Both the position numbers and the translations under genes were made by a program. Under the pieces are notes generated by a model. The model was not told the DNA's origin, searched no databases, and was given only the letters and a program-made list of their open reading frames with translations. A stretch of 64,000 nt of DNA from Octopus bimaculoides (taxonomy: Eukaryota). The stretch lies in NCBI RefSeq assembly GCF_001194135.2, contig NC_068985.1, forward strand, positions 83,492,268 through 83,556,267, given 5' to 3'. Positions 1 to 11,397 of the stretch are shown here, piece by piece (the stretch's first letter is position 1; each line of letters begins with the position of its first letter).

Positions 1-990
1 ACAAACGATGATGGTGATGGTGGTGATAGCAGTAGTGGCGTTAGAGGTGATGGTGATGGTGGTGATGATGGTGGTAGTGGTGGTGGTGGTGGTGGTGGTG
101 GCAGTGGTGGCGATGGTGGTGGTGGTGGTGGTGGCGGGGTCATGGTAGGGTACCAGTGATGTTTATCATCTACTATGATGAGAGAGATAGTACTGGTCTC
201 AGTTATCATCGCTATGATTATGATGATGGTGTGATGACTGGTGTTTAGTAACCATTGCTGTGACAATGATGATGACTATGATGATGATTATGATTATGAT
301 GATAATGGTAGTTGTGATGGAAAAATTGGTTATCATTATTCTGATGATGGTGATGATGATGATGGGTTGGAATGGGGGCAATGATGATGATGATGATGAT
401 AGTGATGGTGATGATGGTGATGATGGTTACCATTTGTTGTTATGATAGTGATGGTGGTGGTGGTGGTGGTGGTGGTGGTGGTGGTAGTAGCATTGATGAT
501 AGAATTTTGTGTTACTGCAAAGATGATGGCAATGTTGATTATTATTGCGGAAAATTATGGTGAATACAGTGGTGGTGGTGGTGGTGGNNNNNNNNNNNNN
601 NNNNNNNNNNNNNNNNNNNNNNNNNNNNNNNNNNNNNNNNNNNNNNNNNNNNNNNNNNNNNNNNNNNNNNNNNNNNNNNNNNNNNNNNNNNNNNNNNNNN
701 NNNNNNNNNNNNNNNNNNNNNNNNNNNNNNNNNNNNNNNNNNNNNNNGTGATAATGATGGTGATGGTGGTGGAGGCGGTGGTGGTGGTGGTGGTTGTGGT
801 GATTGTGGTAGTGGTGGTGGTGGTGCTGGTGGTGGTGTTGGTGGTGGTGGTAGTAGTGGTGGTTGTGGTGATTGTGGTGGTGGTGGTGGTGGTGATGGCT
901 GTTCGTAGAGACAGTTGTGATGGTGGTGGTAGTTGTAGTGGTGGTGGTAGTTGTAGTGGTGGTGGTGCTTATGTTGGCAATAACGGTAGT
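1..990. repeat. (GGT)n/(GAT)n compound trinucleotide microsatellite, interrupted by an N gap at 588-747
   Basis: Directly visible tandem GGT/GAT/GTT triplets. Confidence 0.95.
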
Positions 991-1194
991 TAGCATATTG
1001 TTGTTGTTGTTGTTGTTGTTGTGAATTTTTTTTCAGTTTTTTTTCTTTTTCTTTCAAAGTAATATTTTTGCACGCCATCATGGTGATTGTTCCGATATTG
1101 CCTCAGGTTAATAAACTCAGTGTGTTGGTTTTGTTTGTTGTTTTGTGTATGTGTGTATGTTGGGATGGTGCTAGGATGGGGGCTGAGCTGAGCT

Positions 1195-1225
1195 GGGTGT
1201 TGGGGTTGGGTTGGGCTGGGCAGGG
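1195..1225 (+). other. Potential G-quadruplex-forming sequence
   Basis: GGGTGTTGGGGTTGGGTTGGGCTGGGCAGGG: six G3+ runs with short loops. Confidence 0.5.
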
Positions 1226-1431
1226 ATGAATTGGAAGATGTGTGTGTGTGTGTGTCCATAGTTTTGCTTAATAGTTTTGCTTGTTTGAATTCTATCCTAT
1301 CAAAATCTCTCATTCCTTTTTCACTCTATCACAATGTTTCACCGCTTTTACTCTATCACATTCCCTCACTGTCCTGACTTTGTTTCATCCCTTCACTCTT
1401 ACTCTATCTTATTCTCTCACACATTTTCCAG

Positions 1432-1462
<31 letters not shown>

Positions 1463-1584
1463 AACATACACACACAGCCTCTCTTTCTCTTTCTCTCTAT
1501 TTTGCTTTATATTTTCTCAACATTTTTGGCCCACCACATGCCTTTTTGATCTTGATCTGTGTGACTTTGTATACATACACATAC

Positions 1585-1624
<40 letters not shown>

Positions 1625-1675
1625 GTGTGCGAGTGTGTGTACGTATATATATATATATATATATATACATATATA

Positions 1676-2500
1676 CAGGGTGCAATTGGTAAATTGTTAG
1701 TATTTTATATTTTTAATTTCACGCATGCTTTTTTTTTGTTTTTGATTTTGTTGACTACATAGTATAGTAGGGTCAGTTGGGCACCTTCTGTGAAAAAAAC
1801 AGCACCATGATGCAATTCACTTTGCCAGAGATTTGGAAATGACATGCCTTACTGCTTAGCATTCATGCTGAAAGCTCCAATAAGAACATTTTAGAGTGTT
1901 TGGGTGTCAATCTGAGTACAATGCAATTTAAGGACATGTACCAAGAGTGATAAAAATCAAACATCCAGTCAACATCATGGTATTTGGAGTGATCACTAAT
2001 GATGGTGACGTAATGCCTCCATTCATCTTCCTACATGGCCTCAGACTCAGCACAGAGGCCTACATCAAGTGCCTGGAGGAGATAGTGCTACCCTGGGTCA
2101 AGAGGGTGGCTACTGGAAAACCCTATGTCTGGTAACAGGATTCTGCACTGTGTCACACAAGCAGGAGAACCCAGTCATGGCTGAAAGACAATTTCTGCAA
2201 CGACATCACCCCTAACATCTGGCCACCTAACTCCCCACATTGCAAACCCCTGGAATATTATGTGTGGGGCACAGTTGAGCAAGAAACCAACACCAAAGAT
2301 TAACTTGAAGCACCAAAAATTAACTGAAGGCAAGAATTATGGCAGCATTCACCAATTTAAACAAGAAGACTATCCAGAAGAGTTGCAGAAGATTCTGAAG
2401 TCGTCTGGATGCCATAGTTAAAACCAATGGCGATTTTATTGAATAAATTTACTCTTTACTATTGCAAGATATTTTTATGTAATTTTGGTAAATATATCTG
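1676..2500 (+). mobile_element. Decayed Tc1/mariner transposon, maT/DD37D-like
   Basis: Starts TA|CAGGGTGCAATTGG. Translation 1947-2446 reads KHPVNIMVFGVITNDGDVMPPF...W*QDSALCH...WPPNSPHCKPLEYYVWG...SRLDAIVKTNGDFIE*, with stops and a deletion. 37 residues lie between D (2139) and E (2253). No right TIR found. Confidence 0.9.
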
Positions 2501-2519
2501 TTGAAACTCCAGGGTTGAT

Positions 2520-2700
2520 TGTAGCCTTGTGAGTAGATTCTGTAGATAGAAACTGAAAGGTGCCCAATGGTGTGTTTACGTCCCCATAACTCAGTGGTTC
2601 AAGCTTAAAATATAAGTACTGGTGTAGATTCATTTGACTAGAATTCTTCAAGGTGGTACTCCAGCATGGCCATAGTCTAGTCACTGAAACAAATAAAATA
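2520..2700 (+). mobile_element. SINE family A, 3' portion
   Basis: Matches the tail half of the full copy at 2797-3212. Confidence 0.75.
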
Positions 2701-2796
2701 CATGTACATATTTAAGACGAGGCATAAATAGTGGTCATCCCATATTTTTCTTTATTGTGGTAAATTTGACTTACAGCTGATTCCAGTATATATACA

Positions 2797-2953
2797 GGTG
2801 CAGGAATGGCTGTGTGGTAAGTACCTTGCTTACCAACCACATGGTTCCGGGTTCAATCCTACTGTGTGGCATTTTGGCAAGTGTCTTCTACTATAGCCTT
2901 GGGCCAACCAAAGCCTTGTGAGTGGATTTGGTAGACAGAAACTGAAAGAAGCC

Positions 2954-2998
<45 letters not shown>

Positions 2999-3212
2999 TG
3001 TATGTATATGTTTGTGTGTTTCTGTTAGTTCCCCCACCATCACTTGACAACTGATGTTGGTGTGTTTACGTCCCTGTAATTTAGCAGTTCAGCAAAAGAA
3101 ACCGATAGAATAAGAACTAGACTTACAAAGAATAAGTCCTGGGGTTGATTTGTTCAACTAAAGGTGGTGCTCCAGCATGACCACTGTCAAATGACTGAAA
3201 CGAATAAAAGAA
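2797..3212 (+). mobile_element. tRNA-derived SINE family A with central (TA)n microsatellite
   Basis: Head with A-box-like TGGCTGTGTGG and B-box-like GGTTCAATCC, central (TA)n, conserved tail; more than 10 copies in the window. Confidence 0.9.
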
Positions 3213-3223
3213 TATATATATAC

Positions 3224-3288
<65 letters not shown>

Positions 3289-3289
3289 T

Positions 3290-3960
3290 ATATATCATCA
3301 TCATCATCATCATGGTCATTTAACATCCACTTTCCATGCTGGCACGGGTTAGATGGTTTGACTGGAACTCATAAGATGCAGTGCCTCCTGTAGCTATGGA
3401 GACCAATGCAAGAATAACAGTCTTGGTCGCATAGATCACATCTGTGTGTGGATTCTGGTCTGCCAGCTGTTGATCCCTGATGTCGTGCTCACTTTTCTGC
3501 AGCTGCAGCTGATAGCTTCTCTTCACCGATCTGTAGTTGTTTGAGAAGTGCACTTTTCCACCTGGTGTGGTCCACTGCCAGGTCCTCCCAGATGTTGATG
3601 TTGATGTTGAGCACTTTCATGTCACTTCTGCCCATGTCCTTGTACCTCAGCTGCAGGCAGCCTTTGTTTCTCTGTCCTGCTGCAAGTCCTCCATAGAGAA
3701 TGTCTTTTGGGATTCGGCCATCCTCCATACAGCAAATGTGGCCTAGCCAGCATAGTTGATGTTGTCTCAGCAGGGTGTACATGGAAGAGAGGCCAGCACG
3801 AGTCAGGACATCAGTGTTGGTCACCTTGTCCAGCCAGGAGATGCCGAGTATGTGTTGTAGGCTTCTGAGATGGAAACTGTTCAGCTTTTTTTCCTGACGG
3901 GCGTATGTGGCCCATGTCTCACTGCCATACAACAGGGTGCTGAGGACACAGGCATTGTAC
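3290..3960 (-). mobile_element. 5'-truncated RTE (BovB-like) LINE: C-terminal ORF region plus (GAT)n tail
   Basis: Minus-strand peptide YNACVLSTLLYGSETW...LCWLGHICCMEDGRIPKDILYG...RWK, then HRCDLCDQDCYSCIGLHSYRRHC; these are typical RTE C-terminal motifs. Ends in ...CATGGAAAGTGGATGTTAAATGACCATGATGATG. Confidence 0.92.
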
Positions 3961-4007
3961 ACACACACACACACACATATATATATACATAACATTATTA
4001 TTATACA

Positions 4008-4053
<46 letters not shown>

Positions 4054-4066
4054 CATAACATTATTT

Positions 4067-4506
4067 TCGAGTTAGAAAATTAATTAATTTATTAATTAAT
4101 CAGCATATTCACCTGCAATTGTTGCATTTCACAAACAAAATTAAAATTGCAAAACATATATAAATTTATAATTTTGCATTTGAAATGCCTTGTTTGGAAA
4201 ATCATGCAGAGGAAAATAAGGATTAAGTTAGGACACTGTACGAACACACAGGATATACAGACATGTTTATATGTAATAGACATGTCTATATATTCTGAGG
4301 ATTCCAAATGTATCCTAACATCATCCTTATTGTCCTATATACACCCTGATAATTTTCCATATGAGGTTTTTAAAATGCAAAATTATGTATTTATATATGT
4401 TTTGCAATTTTAATTTTGTTTGCGAAATGAAACAATTGTAGATGAATATGTTGATTAATTAATAAATTAATTTGTATCCATTAGATCTCTCTGGTTTCTA
4501 ACTTGA
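4067..4506. mobile_element. AT-rich fold-back/MITE-like element with about 130-bp imperfect terminal inverted repeats
   Basis: 4067-4200 is the reverse complement of about 4353-4506, apart from an insertion in the right arm. Confidence 0.8.
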
Positions 4507-4788
4507 CAATAATGTTTGATATTTTACGATATTTTATATAATATATTCATTGAAGAAATATCTCTTCAAAATATAAGCACCAGCGTTGCTAGAAATAAGA
4601 GTCAAAACAATTTTATTTTATCAAATTCTCTCATTCCTTTTTCACTCTATCACAGTGTTACACTGGTTTTACTCAGAATTGTTTTGACTCTTATTTCTAG
4701 CAATATTGGTGCTGACTCACACCCTTAGTCACTTTTAGTGATGTTTGTACTTGTGCCTTTTGGTTTTAAATTGTGGCTAGCAACTTTG

Positions 4789-4843
<55 letters not shown>

Positions 4844-4871
4844 ACACATATATATATATACATATATATAT

Positions 4872-5060
4872 ATCATCATTATCGTTTAACATCCGTTTTC
4901 CATGCTAGCATGGGTTGGACGGTTCAACCGGGGTCTGGGAAGCCAGGAGGCTGCACCAGGCTCAAGTCTGATCTGGCAATATTTCTACAGCTGGATGCCC
5001 TTCCTAATGCCAACCACCCTATGAGTGTAGTGGGTGCTTTTTACATGCCACTGGCACGGG
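4872..5060 (-). mobile_element. Family B repeat (RTE-type 3' tail ending in (GAT)n)
   Basis: Conserved CATCATC-GTTTAACATCCG...GGATGCCCTTCCTAATGCCAACCAC block. Confidence 0.85.
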
Positions 5061-5559
5061 TATCACAGCTACAATTTCCATTTGATTTTTATTTTGATGT
5101 TGTACTTGACTCAAGGTCTCCTCAAGCACAACAGGTTGCCATATGATCCAATGTACTTGAATGGGCTGGGGTTGGTTATGTGAGGCTGGTGTAGGATATA
5201 TATACATATATATGCAAGAGTGTATACATATATAACATGCCAACTGTATCGATAAAACTACAGGATGTTGTTATAGACTGCTGATTACAGTGTTTCTAAT
5301 TCTTTCTTCACTGCACTTTTGGCCCCAAAATTTAACTAACTCATCTTCCCACTGTCATGGAGGCCTTCCAAACAGTCTTTTCCTTTCTCTAGGATAGCAC
5401 TCGGAAAAAACTGTCTGGGTCCACCTGCTATCTGTGAACCTTGGTCATATTTCTGACACATTGGAACTTGTGGTTTAGGTATTCAGATTTCACATTATAC
5501 ACTGCTTATGAATGGAAAAAAAAATAATAAAATAGAGAGACTTATAACACAGAAAACAA

Positions 5560-6045
5560 CCAAGAACTTCTCCAAAACTACCTGCTGTGACCTGCAAAGC
5601 TGATCTGTGAATGGAGCAGGGTTTCAGTTGGACAAAGCATGATGAGGTGATCAAAATGTAAGAATGGAAGAAAGGAGCTGACACTGAACAATATCAGGTA
5701 GCTTGAAGAGGTGAGAGCTGTCAGGTATACTCAGTAAGGAGAGAAATGGAAAGTAAGAAGTTTCTCAGTGTCAAAGGTGTGGGATATTCCAGATTGCAAA
5801 GGATTATGTCAATTAGGAAATGTATGGAAAGAGTGATAGTCCTACAGTCCTTATCACTGACACTGGGAAGGATGAGGATGTTGAATGAAGAGAATGCCTG
5901 AAGGATAGAGAGAGTGACAAGCCCAAGCAGATCCAACAGTGGGAGGAACCTGTTGAAATCAGCAGCTACATAGATATGAAGACAAGGGAAGTTGTTAGTC
6001 CTTAAAGGGATAGTCACTGACATACTGAAAATGTCAAAGGAGGAC
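5560..6045 (-). mobile_element. Probable decayed L2/CR1-type LINE endonuclease remnant
   Basis: Minus frame contains IYVAADFN (GDFN-like AP-endonuclease motif); downstream similarity is weak and broken by stops. Confidence 0.4.
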
Positions 6046-6067
6046 TTTATTTTTCTTATATTCTTTG

Positions 6068-6440
6068 TCTTTTGTTTGTTTCAGTCATTGCACCATGACA
6101 ATGCTGGGACACTGCATTGAAGGGTTTAGTCAAATAAGTCAACTCCAGTTCTTATTTTATTTAAGTTTGGTACTTATTCTATCAGTCTCTTTGCCTGAGC
6201 TGCTAAGTTATAGGGACATAAACAAGCTAATACTGGTTGTCAAGTGGTGGGGGGGGGCAAATAAAAAGGCACACACACGCACATACATACACACATACGC
6301 ACACATGCATACACACACACATATGCATACAATTGGCTTCCATACAGTTTCCATCACTCACAAGGTATTAGTTGACAATTGGCTATAGTAGAAGATGCTG
6401 TGCAATAGGACTGTACCTGAAACCATATGGTTATAGAACA
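6068..6440 (-). mobile_element. SINE family A, diverged
   Basis: Reverse-complement match to 2797-3212. Confidence 0.8.
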
Positions 6441-6704
6441 AGCTTCTCAGTACAGTTAAGCAATAATTACTTGCATTGTGGTTCAAGTAGTATAGGGTGT
6501 CACCTCTGACTAGTATAGCAGTGTCCCTATCACCTGCAACAAAGACAAGAAAGTTACAAATATCATCTTTAAACTACATACAGAAAAAGAAAAACATTTC
6601 TTTATAAACAGTCTCATGAGAATTTGTCATTTACTGAGTTATCAACACTTTTCTGTCAGTATGTGTGTGTGTTGTCATTGGCAGTGGCTCCTCCTTCCTC
6701 ATTA

Positions 6705-6890
6705 TCATTGACATTTAACATCTGTTTCCGATGCTGGCATGAGTTGGATGGTTTGATAGGAGCTGGTAAGGTCAGTGCCCACACCAGGTTATGTAATCTG
6801 TTTTGGCTTGGTTTGTGCTGCTGAATGCGCTTCCCAATATCAACCACCTTACACAGTGTATTGGGTGCTTTTTATGTGGCACCAGCACCG
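6705..6890 (-). mobile_element. Family B repeat, diverged
   Basis: TTTAACATCTGTTTCCGATGCTGGCATGAGTTGGATGG... block. Confidence 0.7.
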
Positions 6891-7920
6891 GTATCAAATC
6901 TGCTGTGGTGGACAGGTCTTCTTGAGAGAATTTCTTTCTTCATTTGTACATCCTTATTTGTGTCGGTGCCTCTGATGGTTGACAAGACCAATTTTTCTAA
7001 GGAACAACAGTAATGGTTGTTAGAAGAGTTGGCTGGAATTGGTATGTCTTTCATCATAACCGTCTATCTTCATTTCTTCAAGGATGTACTTCAAAGTGTT
7101 CGACACCACATATATGTGTGTGTGTGTGTGTGCCTGTGTGTATACATTATATTCTTTAGGTAGAATTGGCAGGATAGGTTAAGGCAGAGTCAGAAGGATT
7201 TGGTGGAAGCAGGTTGGTGAGAAGGGTGATAGCCAGTATGGAGGAGTGGAAGTTGAGGGGCAGTGGAAGTTGAGGGGCAGTGGATAAGTAGCAGGCTTGC
7301 AGCAAAAACAGAAAAATAATAACAAATAATCACCAAAGATTATCCGTCTATCAGCTTGCATTTTATCATTTTGTGAAAAAAAGTTGCTTTTCTTATTTTT
7401 AAATCAAGTTCTGTACTTTTTGGTTGTTGTTCATTGTTATTGCTGCTTGTTGGTGTTGCTGTTTGTGTTGCTGTTGTTGTTATTTTAATAATTTTTATTT
7501 ACAATTTTCTCTGTCCATCTTCTTTTATGTCCACACCCACCAAAACAGAATAAGAGTACAGGAAAAGAAAATGTAGCCATAAAATAAAAGCAACCAACAA
7601 ACACACAGGCATACATATAGATACATATATGCATGCAAACAAGCACACATGCATATAACAAAACTGAAGATACATACATACACATGCATTAGCACACACA
7701 CACACACATACATACAATCATGCAGGTGTGTCTGTGTGTGTATATATATGTGTATGTATGTATGNNNNNNNNNNNNNNNNNNNNNNNNNNNNNNNNNNNN
7801 NNNNNNNNNNNNNNNNNNNNNNNNNNNNNNNNNNNNNNNNNNNNNNNNNNNNNNNNNNNNNNNNNNNNNNNNNNNNNNNNNNNNNNNNNNNNNNNNNNNN
7901 NNNNNNNNNNNNNNNCCTAC

Positions 7921-7975
<55 letters not shown>

Positions 7976-8448
7976 TACTGTATATACACACATATGCATG
8001 CACACATGCACAAACGGCATTGAGATGTATAAACCTATACATACCAACACATGCACAAGAATAGCATCTAATATGCATATACGCATAAATGTATAGAAAT
8101 GCCATTACACAGATACACATATACAAATACATAAGCAAGAGAATTCCAATGCACACTAAAATTTACTCAAGAATGCACACGCATATACATAGAAATGCAA
8201 ACATAGGCTCACATACATATACAATTACATCACAGTTCATGCATGCATATACACTCATACACCTATACAAGCATACTCATGAAAATAGAAATATGTGGAC
8301 ACATACACACACACACATATTTTACAAGCATGTAAAATTCTCAACACACACATAAACACGCAGATAAAAATACAAACACGTGTACTGTATACAAACATAA
8401 AACTTACCCACACAAACATGAATACAAACATCATACATATGTACATGT

Positions 8449-8508
<60 letters not shown>

Positions 8509-9305
8509 TCACACACACACATATATGTATGTATATTTATGTATATATATATATATATATATATATACGTATATGTATATATGCATGCATATATATATTT
8601 ATATGTGTATATATGTATATATATATATATGTATGTGTGTATGTGTGTATATATATATATATATCTGTATGTGTGTATATGTAACTACATGCACACAAAT
8701 GCATTTTAAAAATTTAAAAAGTGGTCTTCACCACCATCACCACCAACCACCACCAGCAACAACAACTACCACTGCCACCACCACCACCACTACCACCACC
8801 ACCACCACCTCCATCCTCACCACCAGTACAGAACTCAAGCAAACAAATGGAGATTAGGTTTTTGACCCTCAAAAAGAAAAGATCCTTCCTTGGAGACTTT
8901 GGAATTGCTGCCGGCCAAAATTTAGTTGCCAAATTCCATGGCAGCTGTTTTTTTGTCTATCATTGCAAACATCTTACACACTTTCTGAACATCGTAGTCC
9001 GATAGAAATCATAGCTATCCGTATCTCTACAACCATTTGCAAACGCTGTAATAGTCGTTTGATATTTTAACACCCAAGGGCGGTCTGCTCTTGCCTCTCT
9101 CTCTCCTTCTGTTTCTGTACCTCCCTCTTTTTCTCTTTATTTCTTTCTCTCTTTTCTCATTCTTTTTCTCTTTCTGTCTTTCATTTTTTTTTTTTTCTCT
9201 TTATCATTTTCTTTATCATTCGCTCACTTTGGCCTCTTTTCTTTTGGTGAAACTGTCTGGAAGTGTACCTGTCTGTGTTTGTATGTTTTTGTGTGTGTGT
9301 GTATT

Positions 9306-9345
<40 letters not shown>

Positions 9346-9592
9346 TATGTGTGTGTGTGTTTGTGTTTGTTTNNNNNNNNNNNNNNNNNNNNNNNNNNNN
9401 NNNNNNNNNNNNNNNNNNNNNNNNNNNNNNNNNNNNNNNNNNNNNNNNNNNNNNNNNNNNNNNNNNNNNNNNNNNNNNNNNNNNNNNNNNNNNNNNNNNN
9501 NNNNNNNNNNNNNNNNNNNNNNNNNNNNNNNNNNNNNNNNNNNNNNNNNNNNNNNNNNNNNNNNNNNNNNNNNNNNNNNNNNNNNNNNNNNN

Positions 9593-9651
<59 letters not shown>

Positions 9652-9949
9652 TGTGCATGCCCATATGAATAATATGATACTTAATATGCATATGTGTGTG
9701 GATGCATATACGTTTGATGTGTGCATATGGTTATTATATGTACGTATGTAACTATGTGAACTTTAGTTAATATGTTTGTGCATATATTGGTTCATGTGTG
9801 AGTGTGTATGTTTGTGTATACTCTTTTCATTCATGAATGTTTGAAAATGTAGAATGATGAAATTTAAAACCATCTATGTAATAGTTTAGTACATATACAC
9901 ACATACGCATATATATATATATATATATACAGAGAGAGAGAGAAGCATA

Positions 9950-10110
9950 TCTGTGGCTGTTTGGTTAAGAAGTTTGCTCTGCAGTCACATGGTTTCAGTT
10001 TCGGCCCCACTGTGATGCATGTTGGGCAAATGTCTTCCATTATAGCTCCAGGCTGACCAAAGCCTTGTAAGTAGATTTGACAGATGGAAACTGAAAGAAG
10101 CTCATTGTTT
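9950..10110 (+). mobile_element. SINE family A head
   Basis: TGGCTGTTTGGTTAAGAAGTTTGC...GAAACTGAAAGAAGC. Confidence 0.75.
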
Positions 10111-10164
10111 TTATGTGTATATACATGTGCATGTGTGTTTGCGGCGCCTGGCTGGAGCTTGGCT

Positions 10165-10415
10165 GCTCTGCATTGACAAGGGGCAACACCCTGAAACTAG
10201 TCTAGTCTTCAGATGCCAAACCCTCCCCTGTTCGAAGGTTATAAAGGACACAGGTTTCGTGTGTCACATAGCTAGCTAGAGGCGATGGCTTCTTGGAGCT
10301 AATTCACAGCAGCTTTCGTCCTAATTTTGGGACTGCCATGTTGGCTTGGCGATAACTATTAATTTCCAGTACCGCTGCCGTAGTCTCCTTTAGAGAGACT
10401 TAGAAATATTAATAA

Positions 10416-10420
<5 letters not shown>
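10165..10420 (+). mobile_element. Short Penelope/retrozyme-like element (lineage P3) with a degenerate hammerhead-like head, ending at (TA)n
   Basis: TTGACAA-GGGG-CAACA-CCCT-GAAA-CTAG-TC at 10173-10202; the body is homologous to 61330-61530. Confidence 0.55.
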
Positions 10421-10457
<37 letters not shown>

Positions 10458-10459
10458 TA

Positions 10460-11268
10460 CATGTGTGAGAAATTCTGTCTGTGTGTGTTCGTTGGAGTTG
10501 TTAGCTAACTCCTCCTACATTGTTTTATCGATATTGATGAAACTTGACATGTGAGTAGAACTCATGTCTAAAAACCTCCTCGCATACTCAGATTGTTGGA
10601 AAAACTCGATAATAGAGCCCTTGGAAGGGATCCTTATATATAACTGATATATTTTATTTTAACATCCAAGGGAAATAACCCATTCATTTTCCTAAATTAT
10701 TTGGTATAGATCAAATTGAGTATGCTCATTTCTTAGCATTTGAATTGTTAGAGTTATTTTCACAATTTATCCAGTACAACTCTTAAACAAGTAAATAGTA
10801 TTTTCCTAAACAATAGATCCATTTATTTTGGTTATTGACTTATTCATGAATATACCAACACTAGACCCGCTGAGGGTAATATTCTCTGGGAGCACACAAA
10901 AGCCCTTTTCAGAGTTATTTACTTTGAATTGTTATTATCTCATATCTGATTAGCCTGTTATTACGTAACATGCTTCACGATTTTAGTATACATACCTTAT
11001 TAGTATTTTCTCCTAAGTTCTATATACTCTGGGAACACATTAAAACCCTTTACGGGGCTACTTTATTTGAATTCTTACTATTGGGTAACTAATTTCATGT
11101 TCTTACATAACTGACTTCACAATTTGGGTATTCATAACTTATTGGGAATTCCTAAAGACAAGATCATGTGTAAGACAGTCCAGTATTCTCTGTAAATGCA
11201 CAAAAACCGTTTTAAGGGCTACGTACTTTGTATTGTTGTTATTGGATTAGCAAAACAATTATGAGGTA
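10460..11268 (+). mobile_element. Helitron-related non-autonomous element (relative of 46510-47480) with about 150-bp degenerate internal repeats
   Basis: 10545-10680 matches the reverse complement of about 47160-47300. A CTCTG...TTTGAATTGTTATT-like motif recurs at 10884, 11027 and 11188. Flanked by (TA)n. Confidence 0.45.
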
Positions 11269-11307
<39 letters not shown>

Positions 11308-11343
11308 AATATATGTATATATATACATACATATATATATATT

Positions 11344-11397
<54 letters not shown>

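Noticed and set aside
199-1081. Poly-His/Thr/Val/Gly ORFs
   Set aside because: Translations of (GGT)n/(GAT)n repeats and an N gap
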